DNA from: Octopus sinensis
Lineage: Eukaryota
Assembly: GCF_006345805.1 (NCBI RefSeq)
Contig: NC_043006.1
Location: forward strand, 75,516,001-75,580,000
DNA length: 64,000 nt
Direction of reading: 5' to 3'
Below the pieces are notes generated by a model. The model had not been told where the DNA came from, did not search any database, and saw nothing but the letters and a program-made list of their open reading frames with translations. Position 1 is the first letter of the stretch; every line of letters starts with the position of its first letter. A program made the translations under genes and the position numbers. Below, piece after piece: positions 50,182 through 62,725 of this stretch.

Positions 50182-51029
50182 ATATTTAACATATAGCTTC
50201 TTATTGTGGTTTTTGTTTGGTCCCAGATAAATCAGAGACTTTTAAGTTATGATGACGACCTCGTTGTTCCGGCGTACTTCATTATCAAGTCGATACACTA
50301 ATAAGGTGAGATAGACTTTCGCCGCTATTTCTAACAAGTGCAGCGATCACTTAGTGGTTCCCTCGGTTCAATACACTGCAGCTTGCTGCAAGCAGTTCAT
50401 GTTGTTTCGCAAAAAAAATGGTGTGTGTCCTTAGAAATAAAACATGTTGCATAGTAAAATATGTTACAGAAAGTTATACACGCAACAGATATTTACATTA
50501 TTTACTGATACAAGTACCTACCATATCGAACCGTTTAGCTGCAACTAGAATACCACAATCTTGGCACCGTATTAGTCATTTAATATAATTCCTTGGGAGA
50601 GGAAAACTTACTGATTACATCAATTTGGCAGAGCCCATTCCCCTTCTGCTCGTATTCATGCAAGAGACTGAAATTAACAAATTCCTGCCAGTGAAAATAG
50701 CATCAGTTCTTGTAACTGTTGGTGTCATTTTCTTCTTCTTCTTCTTCTTCTTCTTCTTCTTCCGATCAGGATTCACGCCATTACCCACAAAGAATAATCT
50801 CTAATTCGAACCTACTCTAAGCTACTAAGAATGCGTGTGGCAACTTGAAGATCCGCCCACCACACGCGGTTGCACGGGCGCAAAAGCTACGTTGTTATCG
50901 TCATTCCGTAAATGGTGGCCTTTAACGGGTGGAGAGCTGAACGATCCTGGGGGCACGGAAGATTCGCAATCTAGACTAGGGTCTGAAAGTTTACCACACC
51001 ATAGTGGCTTACACCATGATTCCTCTGCT

Positions 51030-51232
51030 TTGTGGCAGAAGTAGGAAGAAAGAGTGAGAGAAAGTTGTGGTGACGGATTACAGTGGGGTTCATACACACC
51101 TTTCCGCCGGAGCCTAGTGGAGCTGAGGTGTTTTTGTTCAATAAACACTCACAATGCCAGGTGTGAGAATCGAAACCGCGTTCTTACGACCGCGAATCCG
51201 CTGTCCTAACCACTGGGTCATTGCGCCTCCAC
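51030..51232 (-). mobile_element. SINE family B 5' portion
   Basis: Reverse complement ggaggcgcaatgacccagtggttag... Confidence 0.8.
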
Positions 51233-51816
51233 TGCTGCTGTTGTTGTTGCTGCTGTTGCTTTTATTCTTGATGTCATTGTTGTCCGTTGATCGACAGCTA
51301 GTTCGGTGCCAATGGGATATCTCTATGATTACAGACATTTTTCTATGGCTATCTCGACACTTTTTCAGATGTTGTGAATCCCGGACCTCATTACTGAATG
51401 CGCCTTTTCTTTTTACTCCGGTGGTGTATAATTTAGAGCGGATTTACTATCTATTTTTGATATATTGAGCAACAACGTGGATGTTCCCGTTGGCTCGTGT
51501 TTTTCACTTCAAAGATTATTACTCACCTATCTATTATGATAAAAGGCAACTTGTCCGAAACGTCGCTATCTCTTTTCTCTGTACATCCTAATATTTGGAA
51601 TTCATTACGATTTGCTTTGTATTTAAAGTAAGGTAAACTGGGACATATTTGAGCTGACTTGGCTAGAGACATACGTTATTGCCATTCGGTATTACTACAT
51701 GGTATTGCTATGCGGTATTGCAACGATTTTTGGATAATCAAATAGTTCGACTCAGCTTAAAGCAATTCTATATGTCGGCGTAAGCAACGAACACGGCATC
51801 AGAACGACCTGTGTAC

Positions 51817-52236
51817 TCTTTACTCTTTCCTCTTTTACTCTTTTACTTGTTTCAGTCATTTGACTGTGGCCATGCTGGAGCACTGCCTTTAGTCGAGCAA
51901 ATCGACCCCAAGACTTATTCTTTGTAAGCCTAGTACTTATTCTATTGGTGTCATTTGCCGAACCGCTAAGTTACGGGGACATAAACACACCAGCATCGGT
52001 TGTCAAGCGATGTTGGGTGTACAAACACAGACACACAAATATATACACACACATACATATATATACATATATACGACGGGCTTCTTTCAGTTTCCGTTTA
52101 CGAAATCCACTCACAAAACTTTGGTCGGTCCTAGGCTATAGTAGAAGACACTTGCCCAAGGTGCCACGCAATGGGACTGAACCCGGAACCATGTGGTTGG
52201 TAAGCAAGCTACTTACCACACAGCCACTCCTACGCC
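51817..52236 (-). mobile_element. SINE family A with TSD, inserted into a duplicated R4 fragment
   Basis: cctgtgtac at 51808-51816 and 52235-52243. Confidence 0.9.
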
Positions 52237-52329
52237 TGTGTACAATAACTGAAGAAGTAGTCGAGAAACTGCAAAACACGAGCAACTGTTTTTCTGAGAC
52301 TTCGCTATCTCTTAGTTAAAATTAGGGAA

Positions 52330-52570
52330 ACGAAACAGTTTATTTCACGTTGTTCCAGTCCACCCAGCTGGCAAACATGAGTAGTACCTGTATTTCAAAG
52401 GGACCGACCTTGTTACCTCTTGTGTCACGTTGAATCTCCTTGAGAACTACGTTAATGGTACAGGTGCTTGTGGAGTGCTCAGCCAATTGCACGTTGACTT
52501 CACTAGCAGGATGTTCTATTGGTCGGTTTAACAGGAACTCTCATCGTTGTAACCGACGGAGGACCAGTAT
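52330..52570 (+). mobile_element. 5'-truncated B-type SINE with 11-bp TSD
   Basis: aaattagggaa at 52319-52329 and 52571-52581. Confidence 0.85.
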
Positions 52571-53109
52571 AAATTAGGGAAGTAAATTTTCTTCGGGATA
52601 GACACAAAGTATTGCCAGCAACAAAAGCGTATTGCTTGCTAATCTTTCGGCTGTCTCAGCAACTTTTTCTCTCGTTTTCATAAGTAAATTGATATTGGCA
52701 AATCACACCAACTTCATAATTTGAGGACAGTAATATAATTCGAAAACAAACATTTTACCAAATAATAACGGTTCTTAATCAAAACTAAGTAACTTGGTAC
52801 ATAATAATATAAAAATATTTACTTAATTAATTATTTACGTATATAATTGATTACACGATTATAATACCACATCAAACGATCATCAATCCGAAACAATGAT
52901 TGGATTTCGGAATGGTATTTCTATTTTTTTAATAAAGTCTTTTACTGGTTTCAGTAATTGGACTGTGGTCAGTCTGGAGCTTTACCTGCAATGGTTTTGT
53001 ATTCGATAATATTGACCTTAGTACCTGCTTCTATTTGATACATCTTCCTATCGGGTGGCTGAGTTACATATTTTAGACAAGTTCTTTTCAGCCCGCTGTG
53101 TTGTGTGAA

Positions 53110-53300
<191 letters not shown>

Positions 53301-53510
53301 TGAACAAATATTCAGCAACAAACACATATACATCAGCATACGCACACAAATATAGGCTTCTGTACAGATTCCCCGTCTACAAAATGTCATTCAGAAGACA
53401 TTGGTCAGCTTACGGCTATGGTAAAGCATTTTGCCCAGTGTGCTAACGGTTTTGCCAGCTCGCTGCCCTAAACAGATGTTATATCAGGCGCTTTGTAATT
53501 TAAATTATTA

Positions 53511-53838
53511 TGAAGGTGCGTGACCTAGTGGTTAGGTTAGTCAGTTCACGATCGTTAGGACGTGAGTTCGATTCTTAGAGGTGTGTTGTGTCATTGAGCA
53601 AAACAGTTTATTTCACGTTGTTCCAGTCCACCCAGTTGGCAAACATGAGTAGTACCTGTATTTCAAAGGGGCCAACCTTGTTACATCTTGTGTCAGGTTG
53701 AATCTCCCCGAGGACTACGTTAAAGGTTCACATGCCTGTGGAGTGCTCAGCCAATTGCACGTTGACTTCACTAGCAGGATGTTCTATTGGTCGGTTTAAC
53801 AGGATCCCTCATTCGTTGTAACCGACGGAGGACCAGTA
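53511..53838 (+). mobile_element. Full-length B-type SINE with 10-bp TSD
   Basis: taaattatta at 53501-53510 and 53839-53848; A and B boxes present. Confidence 0.85.
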
Positions 53839-54484
53839 TAAATTATTAGAGTTTAATTTGCTTATTTTAAGTGAAAGCTAAATACCTGGTAAGATTGTTT
53901 ATCTAAAAAGTTTACAGGTCCAAATATTCTATTTCACATTCTGCAAACTCAGGATAAACGTTTGTCTTTTAATACGGCTACGCTGGGACACCACATTGAA
54001 AAATTCTATTACAATAATCAACGCCAGTATTTGCCTTTAAAAAATCTGATACTTATTCTACAAGTAATTTCCTGGATGTAACAAACCGATTCCAATTGTC
54101 AAGCGGTGGAGAGACAACCATACACGCATGCACACACAAACATATATACGATGGGCTCCCATACAATTCCTGCCTACAATATTCCCTCACAAGGCATTGG
54201 GTTGAGAAACGGCTAGAGTAGAAGAGACACGCTCAATATACCGAGCTTGAAACCACGCGGTTGTAAAGTGAGTTTATTAGCCTCACACCCCTTCCTCTGC
54301 TTACCTTGTGCAGAATTTCGATTTACTTATATGATTTCTATATGAACAACGCTCTTAGAATTCTGTTTTCATCATAGTTAGTTCAATATTTATCCCTTTG
54401 CTGACAGCAAAGAACAAATTTTAAAATTCAAATGCGTCCATTTAAATAAAAAATATATTAAATTTAAACAGTGCTTGAAACAAT

Positions 54485-54690
54485 TACTCTTTTACTCTTT
54501 TACTTGTTTCAGTCATGTGACTGTGACCATGCCGGAGCACCGCCTTTAGTCGAGCAAATCGACCCCAGGACTTATTCTTTATAATCCTAGTACTTATTCC
54601 ATCGGTCTCTTTTGCCGAACCGCTGATTACGGGACGTAAACACACCAGCATCGGTTGTCAAGCGATGTTGGGGACAAACACACACGCACG

Positions 54691-54722
<32 letters not shown>

Positions 54723-54892
54723 CACATATATGACGGCCTCTTCAGTTTCTGTCTACCAAATCCACTCACAAGTCTTTGGTCGGCCCGAAGCTATATTAGA
54801 AGCCACTTTGCTCAAGGCGTCACGCAGTGGTACTGAACCCGAAACCATGTGGTTCGTAAGCAATCTACTTAGCACACAGCCACTCCTACGCC
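54485..54892 (-). mobile_element. SINE family A, full length
   Basis: Head, internal microsatellite and tail. Confidence 0.88.
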
Positions 54893-55907
54893 CAAGTATA
54901 AAATTATCAACTTAACCAATATTTTCATTTTTAAAAATTGGTGTTATATTAGGTGGTTTTTAATTGGGTAAATAATTGAAATGTAGTTTGTCTTCAACGG
55001 CAAAGGTTTAATAAATAGTCTTTGCATATTTTAAAACTATTTATTTGATATTGTGAAATACTTACATTTAATTAGGTGACTTCTTCATAAACGTTCCTTC
55101 TCAAGATTTTCTTTCCATCATCATTATATATCTTTCAAGCTGATTTGAAGGCGGCACATGTAATCACACAGAAGCTTTCGTATTTGTAATTGTGAGTGCA
55201 TATTATCAAAATAACGCCATTTCAAGTATGACTTTTCAACAAAGAAAGAGTATTGTAATATTTTTAACATTTTGTTCTTTGTCCTTCGATTATTTCGATA
55301 AATTTTTATTATGACATCATACTTTGCCGATATCTTTTATAAACACGCGGTTGATTATGCTTTCGTCAGTAGAGGTCAACATGTCCATGGTGTTGGGCTC
55401 CTTTACGAAGGACTTGTTTAGAGTCGATTTTGAGGACCCCGACCGGGATTCGAAGTACTACCTAGGGGCAGCTTACAGCCTGGTCGGGGGCAAAGAAGAA
55501 TAGGTTTAGCGCCGAAATATGTAAATTTTTTGTAATGGTTAATATTGTTGTCATTTTAGACGAATTGTAAGAGGTTCGTTGCCTCATGTAATGATTTGTT
55601 AAAGAACAACGTTATAGAGAAGCAGAGGGGCGGCGGGCGCTTTCTGTCTTCTCTCATTCTTATCATCCTTGTATCATTATCATTCATCTCATTAACGTCT
55701 CGCCAGCCCGCAAAGCTACCCAATCTATGTACTGTCTTTATGACAAATTTAATCAAATAAAGTATGTACTAACATTGGGTATATAGACAGCCTTCTCTAT
55801 AATCAGTAAAACATTAAGATATTTTAGCGTCTGAGTGATAGGTAAGCATTTGATTTTATAAAAGTGCAGTCTCACAGTTTCACATCTACGTGTATACACT
55901 CATATAT

Positions 55908-56224
55908 TGGATTGGCCAAAAGTTACGTACAAAGTTCAATACGCTGCAGAATTGTCAAAGACAAGACTTATTTAAAATTGAGTAAAATAAATAAAATAGT
56001 GATGAATTCAGGCGTACTTGTACGTGATGAACAACTACAAGAATTATTTGCAGGTTTCTTGAAGCATGACCAGGAAACAAATGCTATCTTAGTTTGCTGG
56101 CTGTGAAAAGCTGACAATTTCCATCATACCCAGCAAAATAAGCTGAGCGTTTTCATAAAATAATGATAACTAAATCATAAATAAAATATCAAATGTTTTG
56201 TTGCGTGACATTTGACTCAACCTA
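55908..56224. mobile_element. Possible old Tc1/mariner-type MITE
   Basis: Weak inverted ends tattggattggccaaaagttacg and (reverse complement) tataggttgagtcaaatgtcacg. Confidence 0.35.
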
Positions 56225-56257
56225 TATATATGTGTGTATGTATGTATGTATATATGC

Positions 56258-56290
<33 letters not shown>

Positions 56291-56304
56291 TGTATGTATG
56301 TATG

Positions 56305-56338
<34 letters not shown>

Positions 56339-56470
56339 TGTATGTATGTATGTATGTATGTATGTATGTATGCATGCATATATGTATGTATCTATGTATG
56401 CATGTATGTATGTATGTATGTATGTATGTATGTATGTATGTATGTATGTATGTATGTATGTATGTGTGTG
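56225..56470. repeat. (TATG)n tract
   Basis: Direct repeat. Confidence 0.95.
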
Positions 56471-57029
56471 TACGCGCGAACGTGTGTATGTTTAAGTGAA
56501 AACTGAACAAATAGTATTAGCAACAGTCTGTGATGGTCTTGAAACTAACGACATTCACGTAGTTGGCCTTTCCGTAGATTAAAGAGAAGCCTTTTTAGCT
56601 CAAAGAAATAGGTTAGATAGACATTTTGCATGTTAAATTCTTTTACTCCTTTTTTAGAAACATCTCCATGAGAAATAACAGTCGCTTAATGCCGAAAAAG
56701 AAAATGACCGCCAATTTATTGTACGATAGCCAAATGAATCATAATGCTGGTAACATGAATCTTATTTTTTTCTTATGTTGCTTACGAAAATTCAATGAAT
56801 ATATTTTATATACAGTTCCTTTTTTTCGTTTTCTTCATATCAATTACTTGAATATGAACTTGAGGACGACATTTTGGGTAAAATAAAATACAATGCCATC
56901 CGAAAATACAATGTAGTCTTTTCTGGGATGTATATAGAGAATATTCATGTTATTGAATACATATATAAACATCAACACAAGGAATAATGGTGATAGGACA
57001 TACTCATCAAAACATCTACCTTACTTGTA

Positions 57030-57430
57030 CTTACTTGTGGCGACAGTCACACTGGGCGGGTTGAGTCGGCTTCTTCCACCATCCTCGAGGCATCTCGAAC
57101 CACGGCAGTGGAAGAAGTTTCGTGAGAATATGAGTTTCACAAGCGGTCCCCAACAATCCCGCATGTAGAGACATCTTGTTTGCCGCAGATTGTCCGCAGA
57201 CGCAGGGACAGAACGACCGAGGAGCCGTCGGTTGCCGAAACAGATACTCCGAGGATTTTCACCAGAGCCCCGTCTGACGGGGTGCGGCCCTAATACCACT
57301 CGGTGTCTGACCAATCCGCCTTGGGTGGACCTACCAGGAACCGAAGTTCCCGATGGCATAGCTCTGACACTAAAACATCTATCAAGTGCAATAATAACAG
57401 GCCAGAGAGAGTTCATTAGGAACGACAATT
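57030..57430 (+). mobile_element. GC-rich structured segment resembling an RTE-clade LINE 5' UTR
   Basis: gccttgggtggacctaccagg...cccgatggcatagctct resembles RTE 5' UTR motifs from memory; contains hairpin ccccgt-ctg-acgggg. Confidence 0.45.
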
Positions 57431-57551
57431 AAAGGAGTGTAAAAGAGTGTACTGTCATAGAGGTTAGTTGTCTTGCTGATGTGAACATCTCTTCAAAAAC
57501 CAATTAGAAAGTGGATAACAACGAACTCTTCGAAACCTTTAGCTTCTCTAG

Positions 57552-57600
57552 CAGTGGTTCCAACCTTTATATTTATAGGAGTTTTCCCACGGACCCCTTT
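57552..57600 (+). mobile_element. hAT/Charlie-like terminal stub
   Basis: cagtggttccaacc...cacggacccc; no partner end found. Confidence 0.35.
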
Positions 57601-57624
57601 TAATATGCTTATCCTTGTGTATGT

Positions 57625-57652
<28 letters not shown>

Positions 57653-57661
<9 letters not shown>

Positions 57662-58449
57662 AAAATAGTAAAGAGTGAAAAAACGACAGAAGGCTTAAAT
57701 GTTAAAGAATATATATATTTGCGTCAATATGTCTGGAGAATATTGGAAAATAATTTTATAATTTTTAAAGAAAGACCGGTTTCGCATTTAGCTCTTCAAA
57801 TTTCTTGCGACGTAATGTTTATCTTTAATAGCGTTATCCTTGTTTCTTTGCTACGGAGAGTTCTAAATAAGGGAAGTTAGTGCGTGATTTCTTCCGGTGT
57901 AAGGGAGATAATCGCTTAAAAAAATTTTTTTTCCTTTCTCTCTTAGTGTGAATTTCTCTGTATTGAGAAATGCGCAAAGCAACTACAACCACAATTTTTA
58001 ATCTTTCCATTTTACCAATGTGCTTTCGGATCATCAACACAAATTAGACTAAACAAGGAAACATTCTTCATTGAAAAGTACAAACCCAGACTCAACTATC
58101 CAAACATAATAATACAGAGAAATTCACACTAAGAGAAAAAGGAAAAAAAAAATTTTTAAGCGATTATCTCCCTTACACCGGAAGAAATCACGCACAACCT
58201 TCCCTTAATTAGAACTCTCCGTAGCAAAAAAACAAGGATAACGCTATTAAAGATAAATATTACGTCGCAAGAAATTTGAAGAGCTAAATGCGAAACCGGT
58301 CTTTCTTTAAAAATTATAAAATTATGTCATTATAAGAAGGGAAAAAAATTTTTCCAATATTCTCCAGACATATTGACGCAAATATATATATTCTTTAACA
58401 TTTAAGCCTTCTGTCGTTTTTTTTCACTCTTTACTATTTTCTTATATAT
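57653..58449 (+). mobile_element. 5'-truncated Penelope-like insertion with inverted pseudo-LTR
   Basis: Arms 57653-57964 and 58111-58449 are inverted. The spacer encodes a GIY-YIG C-terminus (RLNKETFFIEKYKPRLN), and each arm has an HHR-like motif. Confidence 0.85.
58269..58307 (+). ncRNA. Minimal hammerhead-like motif (U at core position 3); identical copy at 57768-57806 (-)
   Basis: aagaaa t TTGAAGA gc taaat gc GAAA ccgg TC tttctt. Confidence 0.5.
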
Positions 58450-58484
58450 TCACCCACGTGCTTTCACAAACAAACTTTCTTATC

Positions 58485-58534
<50 letters not shown>

Positions 58535-58537
<3 letters not shown>

Positions 58538-58948
58538 TCTTTACTCTTTACTCTTTTACTTGTTTCAGTCATTTGACTGCGGCCATGCTGGAGCATCGCC
58601 TTTAATCGAGCAACTCGACCCCGGGACTTATTCTTTTGTAAGCCCAGTACTTATTCTATCGGTCTCTTTTGCCGAAACGCTAAGTAACGGGGACATAAAC
58701 ACACCACCATCGGTTGTCAAGCAATGCTAGGGGGACAAACACAGACACACAAACACACACACGCATATATATATATACATATATACGACGGGCTTCTTTC
58801 AGTTTCCGTCTACCAAATCCACTCACAAGTCTTTGGTCGGCCGAGGCTATAGTAGAAGACACTTGTCCAAGGTGCCACACAGTGGGACTGAACCCGGAAC
58901 CATGTGGTTGGTGAACAAGCTACTTACCACACAGCCACTCCTGCGCCT
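58535..58948 (-). mobile_element. SINE family A, full length
   Basis: Near-consensus sequence. Confidence 0.9.
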
Positions 58949-58950
58949 AT

Positions 58951-58982
<32 letters not shown>

Positions 58983-58983
<1 letters not shown>

Positions 58984-59231
58984 GCAACAAGTTCTATGTG
59001 GGTAGCACAAGACCGTTACACGTCCGCATCAAAGAACATCTGAACATGAGAACTTCTTCCTTCAGAAAACATATAGACAGATGCCGGAACACCAACAAAA
59101 GCATAACAGTCACAATTGAGGACAATGAAAGAAATCTGGGTAATTTAAGAATTAAGGAAGCTATACTCATACAGAGACTAGGGCCCCAAATTAACAACAA
59201 GCTGGAGGTTGGTAATCAGTACATTATTTAG
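58983..59231 (+). pseudogene. Penelope-like GIY-YIG endonuclease fragment
   Basis: CNKFYVGSTRPLHVRIKEH...LRIKEAILIQRLGPQIN. Confidence 0.85.
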
Positions 59232-59505
59232 ATACATCTGGATGCGTGTAGGTTCATTTCTGATAATATGCTCATCTGTAGTATATAACAAAAAAAGGGG
59301 GGAAAATAAATCTACACGTATAATACGTAACTTAGGAGCAGCGCTACGGATGTACCAGCACACACGAGATTGAGACATGGCCGACCTCATACACTTCTCA
59401 TGAGGAATTACGGAAGGAGCATCGTGAGACCACTGCTGAGACGCTTCCAAAAAATAAAAAAGAAAAGCCGTTAGAAAACCGATTATAGCAGCGACTCTAT
59501 TTAAG

Positions 59506-59544
59506 AACATCTGAAGAAGGAATATTATTCCGAAATATCATATC
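59506..59544 (+). ncRNA. Minimal hammerhead motif downstream of the PLE ORF
   Basis: aacat CTGAAGA a ggaat att attcc GAAA ta TC atatc: core and stem II intact, stem I weakened. Confidence 0.55.
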
Positions 59545-59651
59545 AGACTGTGGATGACTAAATTACAACAGGTACATAGCTCATTGTCTGTATTATAGTG
59601 CATTGTTGTACCATTCAAAAAACTTTTTTATTCTCTCTCTCTCTCCCTCTC

Positions 59652-59708
<57 letters not shown>

Positions 59709-59813
59709 GGTGCCCCAGCATAGCCACAGCTCATAGGCTGGAACTGGAATCAATCATATATTTATACATATATATATATAAATATATATATATTTTTTCG
59801 TAAACTTTCCCTT

Positions 59814-59846
<33 letters not shown>

Positions 59847-59952
59847 AACTATAATGGGACGAGAATGCAAAACATCCAGACAGACGATACAAAGAAAACA
59901 TGGACGGGTCATTCGGAGTTTACTATCCTCAGTCGAGTTCCAGATTATCTTT

Positions 59953-59996
59953 GCAATTTCGGCTGTCCCAAGGCAATTTCGGCTGTCCCAAGGCAA
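59953..59996. repeat. Perfect 20-bp tandem duplication
   Basis: gcaatttcggctgtcccaag twice, plus gcaa. Confidence 0.95.
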
Positions 59997-60959
59997 AACT
60001 AAACTAAGAACATTAGATACCTTGGAAGAAAGCAGCGAATGTGTACGAGAACAAGGACGGAATAAAAACGGAGAAATGTTACACAAATACAAATCATTGT
60101 ATACATGTATATGTATATATTTGTATTCATGTAAATGTATGCATACATACATATGTATCAAATTGTACTAATACTTTGGACAGTAACTGATGAGGAAAAA
60201 ACACTTCCATGTCTTGTGGGTGAAAATTTCCTTCCTTGTCATTCTTCTGCTTAATTTTCGAAACAGCATAGATACACACACTCGTGTTGTGTGTGTGTTT
60301 ACATATATATTTGTATGTATGTGAATATATATATATATATTTGTATGTATGTATATATGTATTCTAGCTTTATATATCTCTGGTTACTCTATGTACTTCT
60401 CTTACATATTACTCTCTACGTTAATTCTGACTGAGTGCAGAACATGTTCTTAATACGTAATTGTAGTTTATTTCCACATGGCTACCAAAGAAATGTCACT
60501 AATTAACTTATTTAATTTCGTTCGTTTATTAAATTAATTAAATCTTGTAATGAGTGAATCGGGTTTCTCATCTGTCGAAAATTACCGATCAAGACTAACA
60601 AGAAAATCACAAAACAAAACAGCAAAAATTTGTTTTGCGATAACGGGACAATTACGTTTTTTAGATTCGCACAATTTTATTGAATTACTGAAAAATTATT
60701 AGAGCGGTGTAGTGGGAATCGGTATAGTACTTGATAATGTACATTACAGTATTTAGTTATCCTCACTTCATATTCTAAGTTCAAAACTTTTCTTGGTCTA
60801 ATTTGCTGTTCGTTTTCTCGGGGTCGAAAAATATACCTTCGATATTCAGTTGTGCCAATCATTGGACTGCAGGCATGGTAGGGAGTGTTTAACGGAATGA
60901 ATCGCCACCACTATTTATTTTTTTAAAGTCTGCTATTTATTCTGTCAATTTCTTTCATT

Positions 60960-61200
60960 GAACCACTAGTTATGAGAACATAATCAAACCAACACCAGTT
61001 GTCAGGATGTTATTGGAAAACGCTCTCACACACAAACACAGATACACACACACAAATATATATTTACGACGGTCTTTCACACAGTTTTCATCTTCCAAAT
61101 TCATTCGCAGGACACTGGTTGGACCAAGTTTATAATGGAAGACACTTAGGCAAGGTACCGTACTATGGGACTGAACCCAAAACCACGCACACCCACAGAG
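60960..61200 (-). mobile_element. SINE family A-like (old)
   Basis: Degenerate body and head. Confidence 0.55.
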
Positions 61201-61209
61201 CCACTACAC

Positions 61210-61380
61210 ATCTTTTTTCCTCTCCTTTTTTCTCTCCTTGCTTTTCTTGTGTCCCTTTCTGTAGAAAAGCGTAGGCCCGAAACGTAAAAGACTTTTTCCA
61301 TTCCTGAGCGTTATACTAATACATCTGTTTGTTTTGTACACCGCCTGCCTTCGTCTTTTGTTCTTTTCGTAAACTCTCCC
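61210..61380 (+). mobile_element. PLE-type 3' UTR fragment with degenerate HHR (CUGUAGA)
   Basis: Homologous to 5299-5440 (-); motif at 61255-61290. Confidence 0.65.
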
Positions 61381-61401
61381 TGTATAGTATATATATATAT
61401 G

Positions 61402-61499
<98 letters not shown>

Positions 61500-61548
61500 A
61501 TATATATGTATATATATGTTTATTTATATATATATATATTATGTATAA

Positions 61549-62334
61549 AGAAATATTGATAACAAACATATCTTACGCACCGATACAAAGCGAATGAAGG
61601 CAGATAACCCTTATTTAATCCCCTATTATCGATCTAAAAGTAAATATAACACCTTCATATGAAATTACGCTCTGAATACTAGTAAAAATATTTGGTTAAT
61701 AATTCCTTACGGGAGACAAATTAAATCTAATCTCCCACTGCTGTTTCGTCAAGCTATTGCTAGGAATTTTCCTAACAATTCTAGATATTACTCTATAATC
61801 AATTCACATAAGGTTAGGATAGGTTTTTCAAACACAAAAAATCTCTTGCAAATTATCTCTTCTCATAATAACAAACTGTTAAATATTAATACATTTACTA
61901 ATACTAACATTAATTTAGCTAATACCATCCAACCCTCTAGAAATATTAATAACAAGGTTATTGTATCTGAAGTCAATTCCAATAGAATTAAGTTTATGTC
62001 AAGTAACTCTAAGGTTATAAATTCTATATACCAATGTATAATCAGTACTCGTAATAAAGTACGATTTTACATTGGAAGCACATCGTTAGAGTTATCTAAA
62101 AGAATTTCTATCTATTACTTAACATTTAGGGATAGAAATAAACGGAATAGTACCGGTCTCAGCAAACTGATTTGGGATTTAAAAGACCACAATGAACAAT
62201 TACATTTAGAATGGTTGATTCTCTCAATTTCAATACCATATGACAAAGGCAAGAAATTCTGTCTTCTCTGCAATTCTGAGCTATTTTTCATTATTTTTTC
62301 TAAAAATACTCTATTAAACACGGTTATGATTTGA
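61549..62334 (+). pseudogene. Penelope-like ORF fragment (post-RT linker plus GIY-YIG, Naiad-like motifs)
   Basis: KNIWLIIPY..IARNFP..KVRIGFSNTKNL.QIISSHNNKLL; IYQC..FYIGST..LSKRI..GLSKLIWDLKD...W.IL...Y..GKKFCLLC.SE...LLN; one in-frame TGA at 61660. Confidence 0.8.
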
Positions 62335-62402
62335 TTTTGATTTTTTGATTTTGATTTTTCCAGTTTCAGCTTATGAGCTGTGGCCATGCTGGGGCACCGC
62401 CA

Positions 62403-62625
62403 TTTGGTATTGCTACTTGGTTTCACTTCATGAAGGCTTTCTAGCAGCTGCTATTTGGTGCATGAGAGAGTTCGATGCAGCTGCCCTCATCTGCCCCTCC
62501 TGCCGTGAAGTTGGTTCATCTGGGACACCTGACAGGAAGAGATCCAGCTTCATTTTAAAGACATCTGTATCCACCCCATGCAGGTCTCTCAGGTTCTTCG
62601 GGAGGATATTGAAGAGCTGTGGGCC
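62403..62625 (-). pseudogene. CR1-like LINE ORF2 C-terminal end
   Basis: GPQLFNILPKNLR...FKMKLDLFLSGVPDEP...RAAASNSL; cut off by the gap. Confidence 0.7.
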
Positions 62626-62725
62626 NNNNNNNNNNNNNNNNNNNNNNNNNNNNNNNNNNNNNNNNNNNNNNNNNNNNNNNNNNNNNNNNNNNNNNNNNNN
62701 NNNNNNNNNNNNNNNNNNNNNNNNN
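62626..62725. other. Assembly gap (100 N)
   Basis: Run of N. Confidence 1.

Noticed and set aside
52245-52275. CTGAAGA...GAAA spacing
   Set aside because: It falls within R4 coding sequence (ITEEVVEKL) and has no stems.
58833-58982. Recurrent peptide SRRHLPKVPRSGTEPGTMWLVSKLLTTQP in many ORFs
   Set aside because: It is the antisense reading of SINE family A, not a protein family.
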